A stretch of 59,229 bases of DNA from Catajapyx aquilonaris (GCA_000934665.2 KZ538625.1:1-59229); one strand, 5' to 3'. Counted from the stretch's first letter, positions 13,168-46,730 are shown. Program-made: numbers and translations. The notes: generated from the letters alone by a model not told the origin.

Positions 13168-13753
13168 TGCTATAATTATCAGAAAATGACAGTAAGTTGA
13201 TTTAGTGTGGATTAAACTGAAAGGGTGGAGACTCTTGTGATAAAGGTTTAATGTGAAATTATCATTATGGCACTATGTGCAGGGAAGGGTGGGGGGAAGC
13301 TGACTCTTGCTCTGGCCCCTGCAACCTGTATGCGCCTGCAGTGTAGGTAACCTCCAACAGTGGAAGTCTATTATAAAATCATAGTTGCCAGTAGCATCCC
13401 AAACACAAAAGGCAGCTCACATCTGACCTGTATTGGTACCACACTTCGCACACAAAACAACCTTCACCTCATCCTCATACCAAAAGATTCCTTGTCTTAT
13501 CCTTATCCACTGCACTTAGCCTTAGGACAAGTCTTTAATAACCCAACCACCTTCCAAAATGGTTTGGCAATCATTTAACGTTAGAGCAGTGTTCACAATA
13601 GAAGCCTGTTGTTAGTTATGTTAGGCTCAAACCCCGAAAACGGCCATTGGGCAAAAAATCTGTCCATTCTGCAGAATGCTCCATGTGACCATGTCAAACC
13701 ATTCATTCTACAGAATGGACGGCCAGCTGGGGGAAGCGCCCACAATTAAACTA

Positions 13754-14747
13754 CAGGGTGGACGGAAAGTTTCGGACCCCCCCAGGTTTTTTAACCCTAC
13801 TTTTCACAGCGTCTTTTCACATCTTTTAAAAGTCCACAAGCAGTTCTAATGTACACTATCTTTTGAAGCATAATCTTGAGAACATCTGAGCACCTTCGCT
13901 CTCGCAATTCCATTAATAACTTCGCCTCTGTGACTCATCTAAACATCCTATCTGTTTTGCGTTTATTTTGCTTGTTGCCTTGGAGGACACCTGGTCATAT
14001 TCTGCGTCAGATAAGGTTTTTATGACCCTTTTCCATGAGTTCCCCTTCATGCAAATGTTGTGAACTCACTCCTGACCTTATTTTTCGCATTGGTCCATAA
14101 CCTGGTCCAATAAAAATTTGAAAAGGAATGCATGAAATGGCGGACCCAGATGCATTACTTTCGAATTTGTACCATCACATTTGTCTCCATTTTTACTTTC
14201 AAATAATTTTTTGGTGCGAAAGGACGTGAACGAAAGGATGTGTCATGTTGATTAATTTACCAAGGTAGGACTGTTTACTGTCCTTTCCCACCAAAAAATT
14301 ATTTTAAAGTAAAAATGGAGACAAATGTGATGGTACCAATTCGAAAGTAATGCATCCGGGTCCGCCATTTCATGCATTCCTTTTCAAATTTTTATTGGAC
14401 CAGGTTATGGACCAATGCGAAAAATAAGGTCAGGAGTGACTTCACAACATTTGCATGAAGGCGAACTCATGGAAAATGGTCATAAAAACCTTATATGACG
14501 CAGAATATGACCAGGGGTCCTCCAAGGCAACAAGCAAAATAAACGCAAAACAGAGAGGATGTTTAGATGAGTCACAGAGGCGAAGTTATTAATGGAATTG
14601 CAAGCGAAGGTGCTCAGATGTTCTCAAGATTATGCTTCAAAAGATAGTGTACCGGTACATTAGAACTGCTTGTGGATTTTTAAAAGATGAGAAAAGACGC
14701 TGTGAAAGGTAGGGTTAAAAAACCTGGGGGACTTTCCATCCACCCTG
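13754..14747. mobile_element. ~1-kb fold-back Tc1/mariner-type MITE
   Basis: TA|CAGGGTGGA...TCCACCCTG|TA; arms nearly identical over ~460 bp around a ~70-bp loop. Confidence 0.93.
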
Positions 14748-15059
14748 TAGTATATGGTAATTTTTGAATCCAGGGTCAAAATGGAGCAAAATTCCCCACT
14801 AGTCATGCCCTGGGGCATTGACAATTCACCCCCAAAAACACTACGAATCCACAGCAGTGTCAAAGCATGTCTCTCAGCACGATCCACACAGGCATGCAAC
14901 CAATCTGGATCACTCTCGTCAAGCTTCCCTGAAATGGTAGTAGCTCTCAACTCGCCTGTGGGACTGTGTGAGACCTTGGCTGCTTCTATCCAAGCACCAA
15001 GACAACATACGTATATGGTTACGGTGGGAATGAAAGGGTTAAAATGTCGGGGAAGAGGA

Positions 15060-15230
15060 AGGGGTTGACAAAGGCTCAATGTATTGCTCCTCTCCAGGCA
15101 GATGGTCCAAAAGAGCAGGCAAAATATAGCCCAAAAACTTGGTATGGCAAAACTTCGTGTTTCAAATGGGTGGATGGAAAGTTTCTACAACAGGCGCAGA
15201 ATTTCGTGGAAAAAAGTGTGTGGTGGACTG
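15060..15230 (+). pseudogene. pogo/Tigger transposase fragment (CENP-B-type HTH)
   Basis: IAQKLGMAKLRVSNGWMESFYNRRRISWKKVCG resembles the F.AS.GWL..FK.RH motif; frameshifted. Confidence 0.7.
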
Positions 15231-15380
15231 ATTTTGCACCCTATTGAAGGTAAGGTGCCATTTTCCTCTCTTTTTCACCGGCAAAAAAACTTAGTAACGT
15301 CCTTAATCTGAATATAGCAGAAACCTGTCCCTTATGGAAAATTTTTAGGGTCTCGTGCGATTCCGTAATACACAGGTTTC

Positions 15381-15730
15381 GGGGAGGTGCGGTGGCCGAG
15401 ATGGTAATGTCTCGGCTTGCTGAGTGAAAGGTCCCAGGTTCGATCCCCACCTGGGATTTCCCTTTCACCTGCGTCGGGAGGGTCTCTGACCAGCATCTTG
15501 GAGGTGTCTGGCAACCTAACCTCCTAGGAAACAGCACGTGACCCCTTTTCAGACATTGCACTTGCACCCATGTTCCCTCCCCAAAAAATCCCTACCCTTA
15601 CCCAATTTCCTTGATTCAATGCACCGGAGTACGAAGAAAACGAAAAAAATACTAGAAAACTGATGGTGATGTGCCACCCCCCTATAAGGGGCTAAGCTCC
15701 ATCATGGGGTGAAATAAATCAATTTAAAAA
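15381..15730 (+). mobile_element. tRNA-derived SINE family D
   Basis: GGTGGCCGAGATGG...GGTTCGATCCCC; TSD AATACACAGGTTTC at 15367 and 15731. Confidence 0.88.
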
Positions 15731-15823
15731 AATACACAGGTTTCACTGTACTACCGTTTCATTTAGAATACAGTGTACACAGTGTACAGTGTACAGCTGC
15801 TGGACAAAATAGCAGTCCTTTAA

Positions 15824-16576
15824 CCCTTTCAGGCCTATGATCGTCATATGACGATCTGCGGGTTTTTGAACTGGGCGTGCTAGAGTTTAGACATAAATGG
15901 CGCAGTTTGAGGCTCAAACTGCTCCTACTACCTCGTGGAAGGGGGCTCAACTACCATGGCGTATGCTAATCAGTTTTTCCGCCTCCCAGCTTGAGCTAAA
16001 CGTAACCCCTCCCGCAGTGTCAGAACAGGGTGTACCGTAAGTCTGGACTCTTAGGAATTTCTCATAGTACAGTGTTTTAGTATTATTTTGCAACCATAGT
16101 AACAATTTTATAGTTACTTTAAAAATTTAAATAAATTTCATTACATTTAAAGTTAATTGCACTTTAATTTTTTTCTGGAACACCCTGTAGATAAATATTT
16201 TCAGCATTTTACATTCAATGAGTTGAAATGATAAATATTGGAGCATATTGTTTTTCATCAATATCACTCCTACTACAAAGGACTTGGCACAAAATGTATA
16301 TGGCCCAGACTGTCCTGATCAATGTTAGATAGGGACATTTCGAGGTAGTACCTACAGGGAGCATGGAACTATATTACCTTCGGAGGCCATTAGCATGCTC
16401 CCTGTAGGTACTACTTCGAAATGTCCCTATCTAACACTGATCAGAACGGTCTAGGCTGCAACATATCCCATTTTCAGGCAAATCAAACGGAAGGCCACTG
16501 GCCCATACATTTTGTGCCATGTCCTTTTTGTCAAAAAGAGACTAAAACAGCTAAAAAAAACTCAGGCGTCAAAGGG
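15824..16576. mobile_element. piggyBac-like MITE nested in an older MITE (TIR GCTGGACAAAATAGCAGTCC at ~15799 and ~16667)
   Basis: TTAA|CCCTTT...AAAGGG|TTAA; internal ~50-bp-arm hairpin at 16316-16443. Confidence 0.75.
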
Positions 16577-16825
16577 TTAAACATTATCTGGCGAAGGCGG
16601 CTCCTTTCGCCTCCACATGTGCCGCCCAAGCTGGAAAATTTTCTAGGGACTGCTATTTTGTCCAGCCATCTGCATGCCACCTGTCTAACTACAGGAAGGA
16701 CCCAATTTTCTAGGCTTAATTTTATGCCAATTCACATTAACGCCATTTTCCAATTTCCTTTGGAAATATTATGTTAATCTGAAAATTTTGAGCAAATTTG
16801 AAAATAATAATACTAGATAATAATA

Positions 16826-18475
16826 CAGGGTCGTCGGAAAAAATGTCCCAATTTTAACACCCTATAACTCGAAAACTTGTAGAAATATCAGGGGTCGAAT
16901 TTAAATTTTTTTGTCCAGATGCAAAGTTTGCACTCTAGGCTTTTATCTGGAGTGCAAATTACATACTTGGAGTGCTTAATTTTTTATTACTGGGTATTGC
17001 CATGTTTAAAAGCAGGACCAGATGGAGTGCAAACTTTGCACTCCAAGGCTCAGTTTGGAGTGCAGATGACAATTTTGGAGTACAAATTGCACCTTTGCAT
17101 CCGAATATTTCGACCACTGACATATCTTAATGATTTAAGTTTTAAAATTCTGCGAAATGTCTCAAGTTTTGGTCTCACCTTAGTTTGTTTCGATATGAAC
17201 TACATTTGCCGCTCGAAAAATGTAAATACAGTAATTGGTGTCATGCCTAATCCAATCAGACATGTCTGAAGTCACCATTGTGATCCTATCCCGTAGGTGC
17301 TGGAGATGCCGGATCTTTTCACCATACATGTTATCTCCACAAAAAAGTCAATCGGGGTAATATCTGGGCTTCTGGAGGGGCTAGGCATTGGGAAACTTCT
17401 CATTCAAGACTTTGCACACTGGGGGGCTGAACAAATGAAACTTTCCTACACAGTAGGTTTGTTTCCTGGATGAGGCGATATTTATGTGCATCATCAAGAA
17501 CAATGTGTGTGGTGTAAAGACCCATCATCTCTATCACCTACAGCAGTGTGGTTCTCAACCTGTGGTACGCGTACCCTCAGGGGTACGCGGGCGACTTTCA
17601 GGGGGTACGCGAGCAGCTCTGAAGGTAAAACAACAGTGAAATAAAATGATGCGGGAAATTTCAAGGCGACTTAGGATTTTTTTTGCATAGCCTTCAGAAT
17701 GTGGCCGAAGAATGAGATAGGGGCGTTGGCGGTTAAGGCCTTTTTTCGGGTGCATTTTAGCCTTCCCTCAGTAGGTGGCCCCGGCGAAGTTGGTGTGGCT
17801 GGGAGCACCGTGACAGTTAGGCCGACGCAAACGAGGGAATCGGAGGGCAACAAGCTGCCGCCACGCACGCGCGCCACGGCTGCCAGAATTCAAGCAGTGC
17901 TGAATCTGGGCACCGCCACGCCGACCGGCAGCCTTCACCTGCGTATGTTTTTAAATGAAGTCTTCAATTAAAATATCAAATCTGCATTCTTTTGACAATA
18001 AAATATTGTTATTTTAATTTTATATTTACAACTGATAATACCGATTTTCAATGAGAGATTGTTTTGGAAAAACATGTGGTTTTTTAAATATAACTTATTA
18101 AAACTGCCCAACTAAAAAAATCAGCAGGTAGTCAAATGTTAAAATCTATTATTTTTGAACATGTTATCTTGGGGGTACATTAGACTTCTAGTCATGGCCA
18201 GGGGGTACAATCTGGGAAAAGGTTGAGAACCACTGACCTACAGGATAGGATCGCAATGGTAACTCCAGATATGACTGTGCAGTTTTGGCTCGAGACCGAA
18301 TACCGTCGATTTTTAATTCGCTGAGCAACAAATGAAGCTCATATCGAAACAAACTAAGGTGAGACCAAAACTTGAGACATTTCTTAGCATTTCAAAATTT
18401 AAATCATTTAGATATGGGTGCAAGTTTTCGAGTTATAGGGTTTTAAAATTGGGACATTCTTTTTCGATGACCCTG
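16826..18475. mobile_element. Tc1/mariner non-autonomous element with long TIRs and a nested hAT MITE
   Basis: TA|CAGGGTC...GACCCTG|TA; minus-strand remnant PSRSPDITPIDFF at ~17340-17380. Confidence 0.88.
17544..18235. mobile_element. hAT MITE
   Basis: CAGTG(TG)GTTCTCAACC / GGTTGAGAACCACTG TIRs with 8-bp TSD ACCTACAG. Confidence 0.9.
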
Positions 18476-19199
18476 TATAATAATGGATACCCCACAATAG
18501 GCTTCCTTGGGCCTTCCAGGGGATAATCTTTTCATTATGGAGGGGATAAAGAGAATTTGGAAGTAAAATTCTGGCTAACTAACAGCAGAACCGAAATTTT
18601 TTCTGTGTAAGTGTAACATACTGACCCCTCTCTTACACATGAAGGGCTCCATGAAAGAAGGGGGTAACTTACTAACAAGGAATCCATTTCGAGAGAATGC
18701 AAGGCAAAGTTTCTTGCTTATATCTTTGGATGTATGAGTGATAAATACTTCCCTGTGGGTATCACATGGTAAGCTCATGATGCGAAATCTTTCTCGCTAC
18801 CAGTGGTGGAGGTACTTTTTCCATATTATTAATATAGTAGGGCCTATTATTAAAAGTCATTTTGCACACGGGAGTAATTTACACCGTCATGAAATTTTAA
18901 GTGATGTCGTAACAAGCACCCAAAAATGCGAAAAAAATTGGTGCTCCTGACCAATGAAGCCGATTTTTATGTTTAGCTATAATAATCTTTCGGCAAATAA
19001 TAATTTTGTCAAAATTTGACTGATTTGAGAACTACTAGCAGTTGGGAGAAACCTCATTTTCACGGTTTTATTGTGCGCCTAGAGGGAATGCTCAACCGCA
19101 AACGCAACCCTTCTTTTGTGTAGGGAGGGTGGGATCGAGTGTCTCCTCTTTCGACCAGTTGGAACTCGAAGAAGGTACCAATTTTTTTAATCTCCGCCT

Positions 19200-19410
19200 T
19201 AACTTAACCCTGTTTTTAACCATTTGCCTGTGCTATGACGAGTTTTGGTAGTGGGAGGAAATGGGAGAGCCCCAAGGAAACCGGCGCGAACACGGAGAGA
19301 ACCCATCGAGATTCTATCCACATAAGTATCCTCTGTCTGATCCAGGGATTGAACTTGGGACCTCAGAGGTAGAAGGCTGTGGTGCTAGCCACTACACCAC
19401 TGTACCACCC
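19200..19410 (-). mobile_element. SINE family A head and body; tail probably at 18477-18530
   Basis: Aligns by eye with 45671-45947. Confidence 0.8.
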
Positions 19411-19980
19411 GAATTTGAAAATGACAAATCATTCTAAGCATTGCTGCAACACTTCTGAACCAATCACACTACAGTATAGGTGCTTATTTTGCTTTTTGTG
19501 GTGATTGTGGCAGGACCGTTTAGTAGCTAGGTGGCACCACGTAGCAACTAAACAGTCCGCTCTCTAGCGCCTCCTGCCTGACGCATCTGAGCGTACCCGT
19601 TCCTCATTTATTGACACCCTCTAGATGTCGTTTCCGGACATGGGTTTATATGTGAAAAATATTTGTCTTGGTCCCCTCTATTACCCCTACAACTTTGTTC
19701 CCTGAATTCAGACACTCCCTGTATATAGTACTGTATTATTGGTCTCAGCCCTCCCTGAAGTACTGTACCCATGGTTACAATACACTACATGTACTGCGGT
19801 TCTTGCTAAAGGGAAAGGAACCTTCAGTACCCAACAACCCTCAACCTGGAACGTCTTACTAAACGTGTGTTATAAATGTTTCAAAATACTGATGTTATAA
19901 TTTTGCCTCATTTTACACCAATGCACTTTACAATGCAGTGTTGCTGAAACCAATTACTGGCATAAACAGATACCCCCTGG

Positions 19981-20301
19981 CAGCGCCGGATTAAGTGTGG
20001 TGGGGGCCCGTAGGCTGAAATGTGGTGGGGGCCCCTTCACTGGGGTCAAAAAAAGTTATACCATGTATGTGCCATAAATGATACGTTTAATAGTTTAAAC
20101 TTTAAAATACCATGAAGAAGGACACAAATAACAGTGTAATACATACAGTATAGTTATGTTAATTGAGGGAGTCATGCCGCGGCATACAGTTTGAAAATGG
20201 CTGTACTATTGTTGTTGTTTTTTAATTAAATGGTGGGGGCCCCATTGTGGTGGGGGCCCCTAGGCTGCAGCCTACTCAGCCTTCCCCTAAATCCGGCCCT
20301 G
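19981..20301. mobile_element. hAT MITE in the furry 3'UTR region
   Basis: CAG(C/G)GCCGGATT TIRs; 8-bp TSD CCCCCTGG at 19973 and 20302; subterminal TGGTGGGGGCCC repeats. Confidence 0.9.
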
Positions 20302-20313
20302 CCCCCTGGATTA

Positions 20314-40837
<20,524 letters not shown>

Positions 40838-41266
40838 GGTACAATCAATTTATGCCTGGATAAAGAGTAAGAATAAAAAATAATTGACGGCTTTCATTCA
40901 TGCATGTGTATTACATAAGTTATTAGGAAATATTCATAGAGCTCTCCTATTTGAAGCTCATACGAGGTGCTACCCAAAAGTTCGCGAACTGACGCCAGTA
41001 CTTTTGAACTGCGTATGGTTGGTCGCTACCACTCTTGGTAATGCTGCAGGTGACCTTTCTGAACTACTCCGCCAAGTGGCAGCGTCTGAGGTTGAATGGA
41101 TCAGTTTTTGTGGGCAGTTTTGTAGGTTGCGTTTGGTGCATTCTCCGATTCTATCTGGGGGTGAAAATGGATGGCGTGAAAGAACAGCGCAAATTTTGTT
41201 TCAAACTTGGCAAAAGTGCTGCAAACTCACAAGATGCTACAAGATGCATTCGGTGACGATGTTTTA

Positions 41267-42396
41267 GGGCCGATTTCTCGAACAGTGGTTCAAATGTAAA
41301 CCCGTTTCAAATCCAGTTTAAACCCAGTTCAGAGAGATTTGATTTCCATTTCTCAAGGCAAAAGTAAACCCCGGATGTGGTTTAAACTCGGTTCACATCT
41401 GACGGCCCGATTGCCGGCCGTTATCGGGAATAAACCGGGTTTGGAATGCCAGGAACAACAATGAAAGGTGTCATTTTTTGACTAGTTGCCGACGTTACTC
41501 CGCAAAATGAGTTTTTATGGCACTTCTCGGAGGCCAAAAAATTCCCCCTGTGAACCATAGATAGTGCAAATCTTTGTCTATCTAATGATATATTTGAAGC
41601 TTAGAAATCGCAACTACGTGTAATCATAATTAAGTTAATTGCGCACCTCAGTTATCTCGGCCGTTTCTCATCCGAATTACCTCACGAATGTATCGACGGC
41701 AAGCCAGAAATGTGCGTGATAAAATTACATCGTTCTCTATTACACTAAAAAATTTAAAAGTACTGTTTTAGTAAGTTTAATAGACTAGTACTCAGCCCGC
41801 TTTCTGGCGGGAATAGACGGTGATACTTTCAAATACGTTTAAAATTTTTTGTGTAGCACGATGTAATTTTATCACCCACATTTCTGACTTTCCGTCGGTA
41901 CATTCGTGAAGTAATTCGGATTATAAACGGCCGAGATAATGAACTTAATTATGATTACACAAATGGTGATTTCTGAGTTTCAAATACATCATTAGAAAGA
42001 CAAAGATTTGCACTATCCAGGGTCCACAGGGGGAATTTTTTTTGCCTACAAGAAGTGTCATAAAAAATTCATTTTGCTGCATAACGTCGGCAGCTAGTCA
42101 AAAAATGACACTTCAAATGTGATGTCCCTCTCTCCACCTTCTAGACTTGCTGACTAGAGTTTGTTCACAGGCCGGTAAAGACTCGCGCTGAAGCTCAGAC
42201 CGGTTCGGGTAAATGGGTAGGACGCGACATGTAGCAACGGCGCAATTCTAACCAAGGCTTGTCGTTCGCATAGTAACCGAGGGTTTGTTTACGCTCGAGG
42301 AATGCGCACATTCGGAAGGAGAGTTTAAACTGAATCCAGCGTGTAGACGCAAACCCAGTTCAAACTGACTTGAACCACTGTTCGAGAAATCTGGCC
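41267..42396. mobile_element. PIF/Harbinger-like MITE
   Basis: GGCC.ATTTCTCGAACAGTGGTTCAA TIRs with TTA flanks; subterminal TAAACCC motifs. Confidence 0.82.
41468..42111. mobile_element. Fold-back module (also present at 47943-48390)
   Basis: GTGTCATTTTTTGACTAG..CCGACGTTA arms inverted over ~300 bp. Confidence 0.85.
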
Positions 42397-43014
42397 TTAG
42401 GGTCATAGAAATGATATAATTGGGGTTTAAAGATGGCCCCATTTCAATTGAAGATGACGATTGTTCTGGCCATCCTTTGAAGAGCATAACCCCATAGAAA
42501 ATGGGTAAAATTATTCACAAATCTTCTTTCTTTCAGCTTAATTTTCATTTTCAGGTTAGGAAGAAGTCGCAGGGAAATAAATCTAGCGTAAAAGGCGGCC
42601 AAGGAAGGACATTCGAAGGAAACTCCTCGCGCGAGTGGTGCGAGAACATCATGACAACTCGTGTTTAAAATTTGCAATTTCAATCTTTTTAACGCAAAAA
42701 TTTTAAAATTTTAAATTAACCATAGAATACGATTGTATCAACCTTTCTGAGTAAATTGATATCAAAAGCACATCTGTCTCACGATTAGTTGCGGAGAAAC
42801 AGCCAAAAGAAAAATGGCTCTCAAAGAAAAGGCTCAAAATTACCACCCCCCAAAAAACAGGTAAAAATCAAAATATTTCAAAACGCTTTGGTACAATGTT
42901 TTAGCAGCGCTAGGGCACCATAACCTGTGAATATCATTCAAATCCGCCACATCAAGGGTACAAAGGGGGTCCCGCTGACATGGAATGACCCCTATACTTT
43001 TTCATCGGAATTGC

Positions 43015-43200
43015 GGCAAGGATAGGTAAGGAAGGAAGCGGTTGTGGCCTATAATTACGGTAACGACCCCGGAATTATCCTGTGATGACCATGGGAAGCC
43101 ACAGAAAACCATGATCAGGGTCGCCGGCCTCCGGGATTCGAACCCAGGACCTCCCGATTAGCAGTCGGACACCATACCACTACACCACTACTGCTTCGGT
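43015..43200 (-). mobile_element. SINE family B (3' truncated)
   Basis: Near-identical to 21935-22107. Confidence 0.85.
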
Positions 43201-43537
43201 CTGTGAGAGTAATTATGTTGCACAGTGCAGAGAGTGGGACCAATCCCATTGTCAGCCTGCTTTGAGAGGGGAACCCCCTACTCTATTACAAATGATCACG
43301 ACACTCTTTCACTCCTTTGCTTTGCTCAATAATTGCTCGCTGGTTGCATGTCTCACTGGTTTTATACTTCAGGCACACTGGTACTAACAATATCCTAATA
43401 TCAGTAATATTGATAAATAAAAGCGTTAATTTCGAAAAATGGTATCTCCCAAAAAATCAGCGAAGTGGGGATATAGTGAAAGTAACAAGTGCTCACTGTA
43501 TTCTACAATACACTGTACACACAGATTATTGCCACAC

Positions 43538-43652
43538 AATATTTCTTCTTCTTTCTTGTGTATTTTTGNNNNNNNNNNNNNNNNNNNNNNNNCCCCCCAA
43601 AAGGGCCCATGGCCCTATGAACGGGGAAGGAAAATAAAATAAATAAATAAAT
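43538..43652 (+). mobile_element. SINE tail spanning an assembly gap
   Basis: CCCCCCAAAAGGGCCCATGGCCCTATGAACGGGG + (AAAT)n; 17-bp TSD ACAGATTATTGCCACAC at 43521 and 43653. Confidence 0.7.
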
Positions 43653-43859
43653 ACAGATTATTGCCACACTTTAATTGAAAAGAACATGCTGTATACAATA
43701 TTAGATTCGGAAAATGTGCCTTTTTGATAGCCTTTTCATGGATTTCGATTTTCAAGCAAATGTCAAGTTTTGAAAAGCTAATGTAAGTGAAAACCTCGCC
43801 TCATACCAGCATACCTCACTTAGACCGGCATGCCAGAATAGCCACCAGATAATGAATTT

Positions 43860-44105
43860 CTATAAAACTGGTCGACCTCGACTACACCGGCATGCAGCTT
43901 TATGTGAGGTAATACGGTACCTTTTTCTACCTTGAAGGACTTTTTTGAGTTTTGAAAACAGGTAAAAGCCACTGGCAGCTAAGTCTGGGCTATAGCATGG
44001 GTGGTCATGCTCCTCAAAGCCACAGTCCCTGTTTGATAGCACTAGGAGCAAGGCCGTCCTTTCGGTACTCAATTGTTTGACTTGATTTGAAATGGCGCAA
44101 GACAT
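43860..44105 (-). pseudogene. mariner transposase catalytic-domain fragment
   Basis: HPCYSPDLAASGFYLFSKLKKVLQGRK matches the mariner HPPYSPDLAP.D motif. Confidence 0.85.
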
Positions 44106-44824
44106 CTGACGGAAACTGAGTGTATTAAAGTGTGTGACACAATTTTCGAGGAGAAACTCATAAATGGCACTACGAATGAAAAGAAATAGCTAATAATTCC
44201 CAACACTAATAGAAACACGCATTGTTACGTCACATACGGTTTAAATAACAAATACACAAAAGCATGTGTCTCCCACCCTTAAAATAAAAAGGGTGGAATT
44301 TTGTATGTTGGATATTGTTTTGTAAACTGTACATAAATGAACACTGATTGATTGATTGAATGGCACTACCTGACACTATCATTATTTCCAGCACCCCAGG
44401 AACATAGTCAGGCCAAAAACTTTTGCTGCTTACCTTGTAGTACCTCCAAAATATTCACATGCAAGGTATGAATGCATCCTGATGAGCCCCTTATCAGATA
44501 AGATACCAAATCAGATGGTGGGTGGGAGCTTCCTTTAAAGGGAAAACAGATAATATATTGCCAGTGAGAAAATATACAGGATGCTCGTAATGATACTATT
44601 AAACCTCTAGGGTCTTCTGGTCAGTAACACATAATCACATTATCTTTAGGTGTCAGCTGCAGCCTCACTACACTGGGATACTGAACTTCAAAATGCAATG
44701 TAAAGAACAGGGGTGAGCAACCCTCTTGCCATTTGCCACTTCTGAGAATTGCCCATGAAAGTGCAGTAAACATGAGTTAGCCATGTTACATTCCCAGAAA
44801 TAAAATACTCTGTGCAAGGAAGGC

Positions 44825-45047
44825 CATGGGGTAAGGATGGGGATTTTTGGGGAGGGGACACATGTGCAGGTGCAATGTCTGAAAATGGGTCACGTGCAAT
44901 CCCCCTGGAGGCTAGGTTGCCAGACGCCTCCTAGGCGTGGGTCAGAGACCCCCTGACGCAGGTGAAAGGGAATTCCCGGGTGGGTTCGAACATGGGACCT
45001 TTCGCACAGCAAGCCAAGACGTTACCATCTCGGCCACCATGCCTCCC
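44825..45047 (-). mobile_element. SINE family D
   Basis: Reverse complement of 15381-15610. Confidence 0.85.
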
Positions 45048-45048
45048 T

Positions 45049-45555
45049 GTCTTTCTCTAATTTTAGACATAGTCATCATACACTTTGGTGCACTTGTCCC
45101 AGCAGGACACTAGTTTTTCCATGCCACTGCAGAAGAAAGTGTTGGGCTGGCTGGGAAGCCAGTGGCAGAAGGCCTCTTTCAATTCCTTGAAGTCACTGAG
45201 GTATTTACAAGTCAGTGCTTCCCTTTTGGTCAGAAGAGATGGTAGACCATGGTTAAGACCATCATTTCGTACCAATGAAGAAGCACCTGGCCAGTCAGCA
45301 CTTCAGCAACATGGAGGAAGTGAAAGAGGCCATCTGCCACTGGTTCTCAGCCAGTCTGATGCTATTTTCTGCAGTGGCATGGAAAAACTAGTGTCCTGTT
45401 GGGACAAGTGCACCAAAGTGCATGGTGACTATGTCTAAAATTATTACAGAAAGACTTGCCCTTTCATATCTACATTTGGGAACATTTCAGTTTGAGTTTC
45501 TCTGGTGAAGATTAGGAACTTCAAGAGTAGTGAATTACTTTTTGATTCGCCCTCG
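45049..45555. mobile_element. Inverted duplication of a mariner 3' end
   Basis: GMEKLVSCWDKCTKV.DDYV/GDYV is encoded on both strands; right mariner terminus TTACTTTTTGATTCGCCCTCG|TA. Confidence 0.85.
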
Positions 45556-45670
45556 TACCATGTCAAGTGGCGCAAAATACATATTTGGAATTGAATTATA
45601 ACTATTCATACTCCTCATTCCACATGGGCCTATTTTCTGCAATTGAAATTCATCACAGCTGAGTTAAATA

Positions 45671-45947
45671 ATAATATAATAATAATAATAATGGATACCC
45701 CGTGATAGGCCCCTTGGGCCTCTTAGGGGATCATCTTTTGAATAACTGCCATTAATCTTTTGCCTGTAATGTGATGGATTTTGATAGTGGGAGGAAACGG
45801 CAGAACCCCGAGAAAACCCACGCGAACACGGAGAGAACCCATCGAAACTCTATCCACATAAATATCCTCCGTCCGACCCAGGGATCGAACTCGGGACCTT
45901 AGAGGTGGATGGCTGCGGCTCTAACCACTCGGCCACCGTGTCGCCCT
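45671..45947 (-). mobile_element. SINE family A, full length
   Basis: tRNA-like head, V-like body, (TAT)n tail; TSD GCTGAGTTAAATA at 45658 and 45948. Confidence 0.9.
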
Positions 45948-46152
45948 GCTGAGTTAAATACATGTAGTGGAAGTTTGTAAGTGCTCAAATTGTTACTTCC
46001 TGGTGTGGGCAATACGTATTAGATTAAAAGTAGAGGAGAGATTCGTGTACGAACAAGCTTGGAGTAGTCCACATGGCATCAAGCACAAAGTAACACATGC
46101 TTGCCTAGAATGGGGCAAATTTGTGATTTCCTTCTTCAAAAATTGTTAAACA

Positions 46153-46730
46153 CTAGGGGTGTTAGGAAAGTCTTTAATTTTTCTCCCTACAAATACAGGG
46201 CCCATGCAAGTCGGCAGATAGGCACACATTATTATTGATATAACCCTCCTGGAGCCAAATGCCCTGGCACCACGGGTGTGCCAACCTCTCCAGGCCTTCC
46301 AGGAACCACTTTTTGGAGGTGTGGCGCACCCACACCCGGACAACTGCTCCTGTTCAACAATGTCCTCGAAATGGTGTCAGCGAAGGTTTTTTTTTTTCAT
46401 GGATTCGAACAGGTGAAAGTGTCTGGGGGCTAGGCCAGGGAAGTGGTGTGGGTGGGGAAGCACCCAAACCCGGATCCATGGAGGAAAAAACCTTCGCCTA
46501 TGCCATTTTGAGGACATTGTTGACAGTTGTAGACTGTGAGCAGCTGTCTGGGAGTGGGCACCTCCAAGAAGTGGTTCCTGGGGGGGCCAGGAGAGGTTGA
46601 CATACCTATGATGCCAGTGCATTCGGCTCCAGGAGGGTTATATTGATAATGTGTGTCTATCTTCCGGTCTGCATGGGCCCTGTATTTGTGGCAAAAAAAT
46701 GAAGTGTAAAGACTTTCCTAATGCCCCTCG
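46153..46730. mobile_element. mariner-type fold-back element
   Basis: Arms inverted over ~250 bp; right end CCCCTCG|TA. Confidence 0.82.

Larger units (their letters stand above)
40963..42490 (+). mobile_element. mariner 5' remnant interrupted by nested elements
   Basis: TA|CGAGG terminus; MDGVKEQRKFCFKLGKSA..DAFGDD before the insertion and FKDGPISIEDDDCSG after it. Confidence 0.8.
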
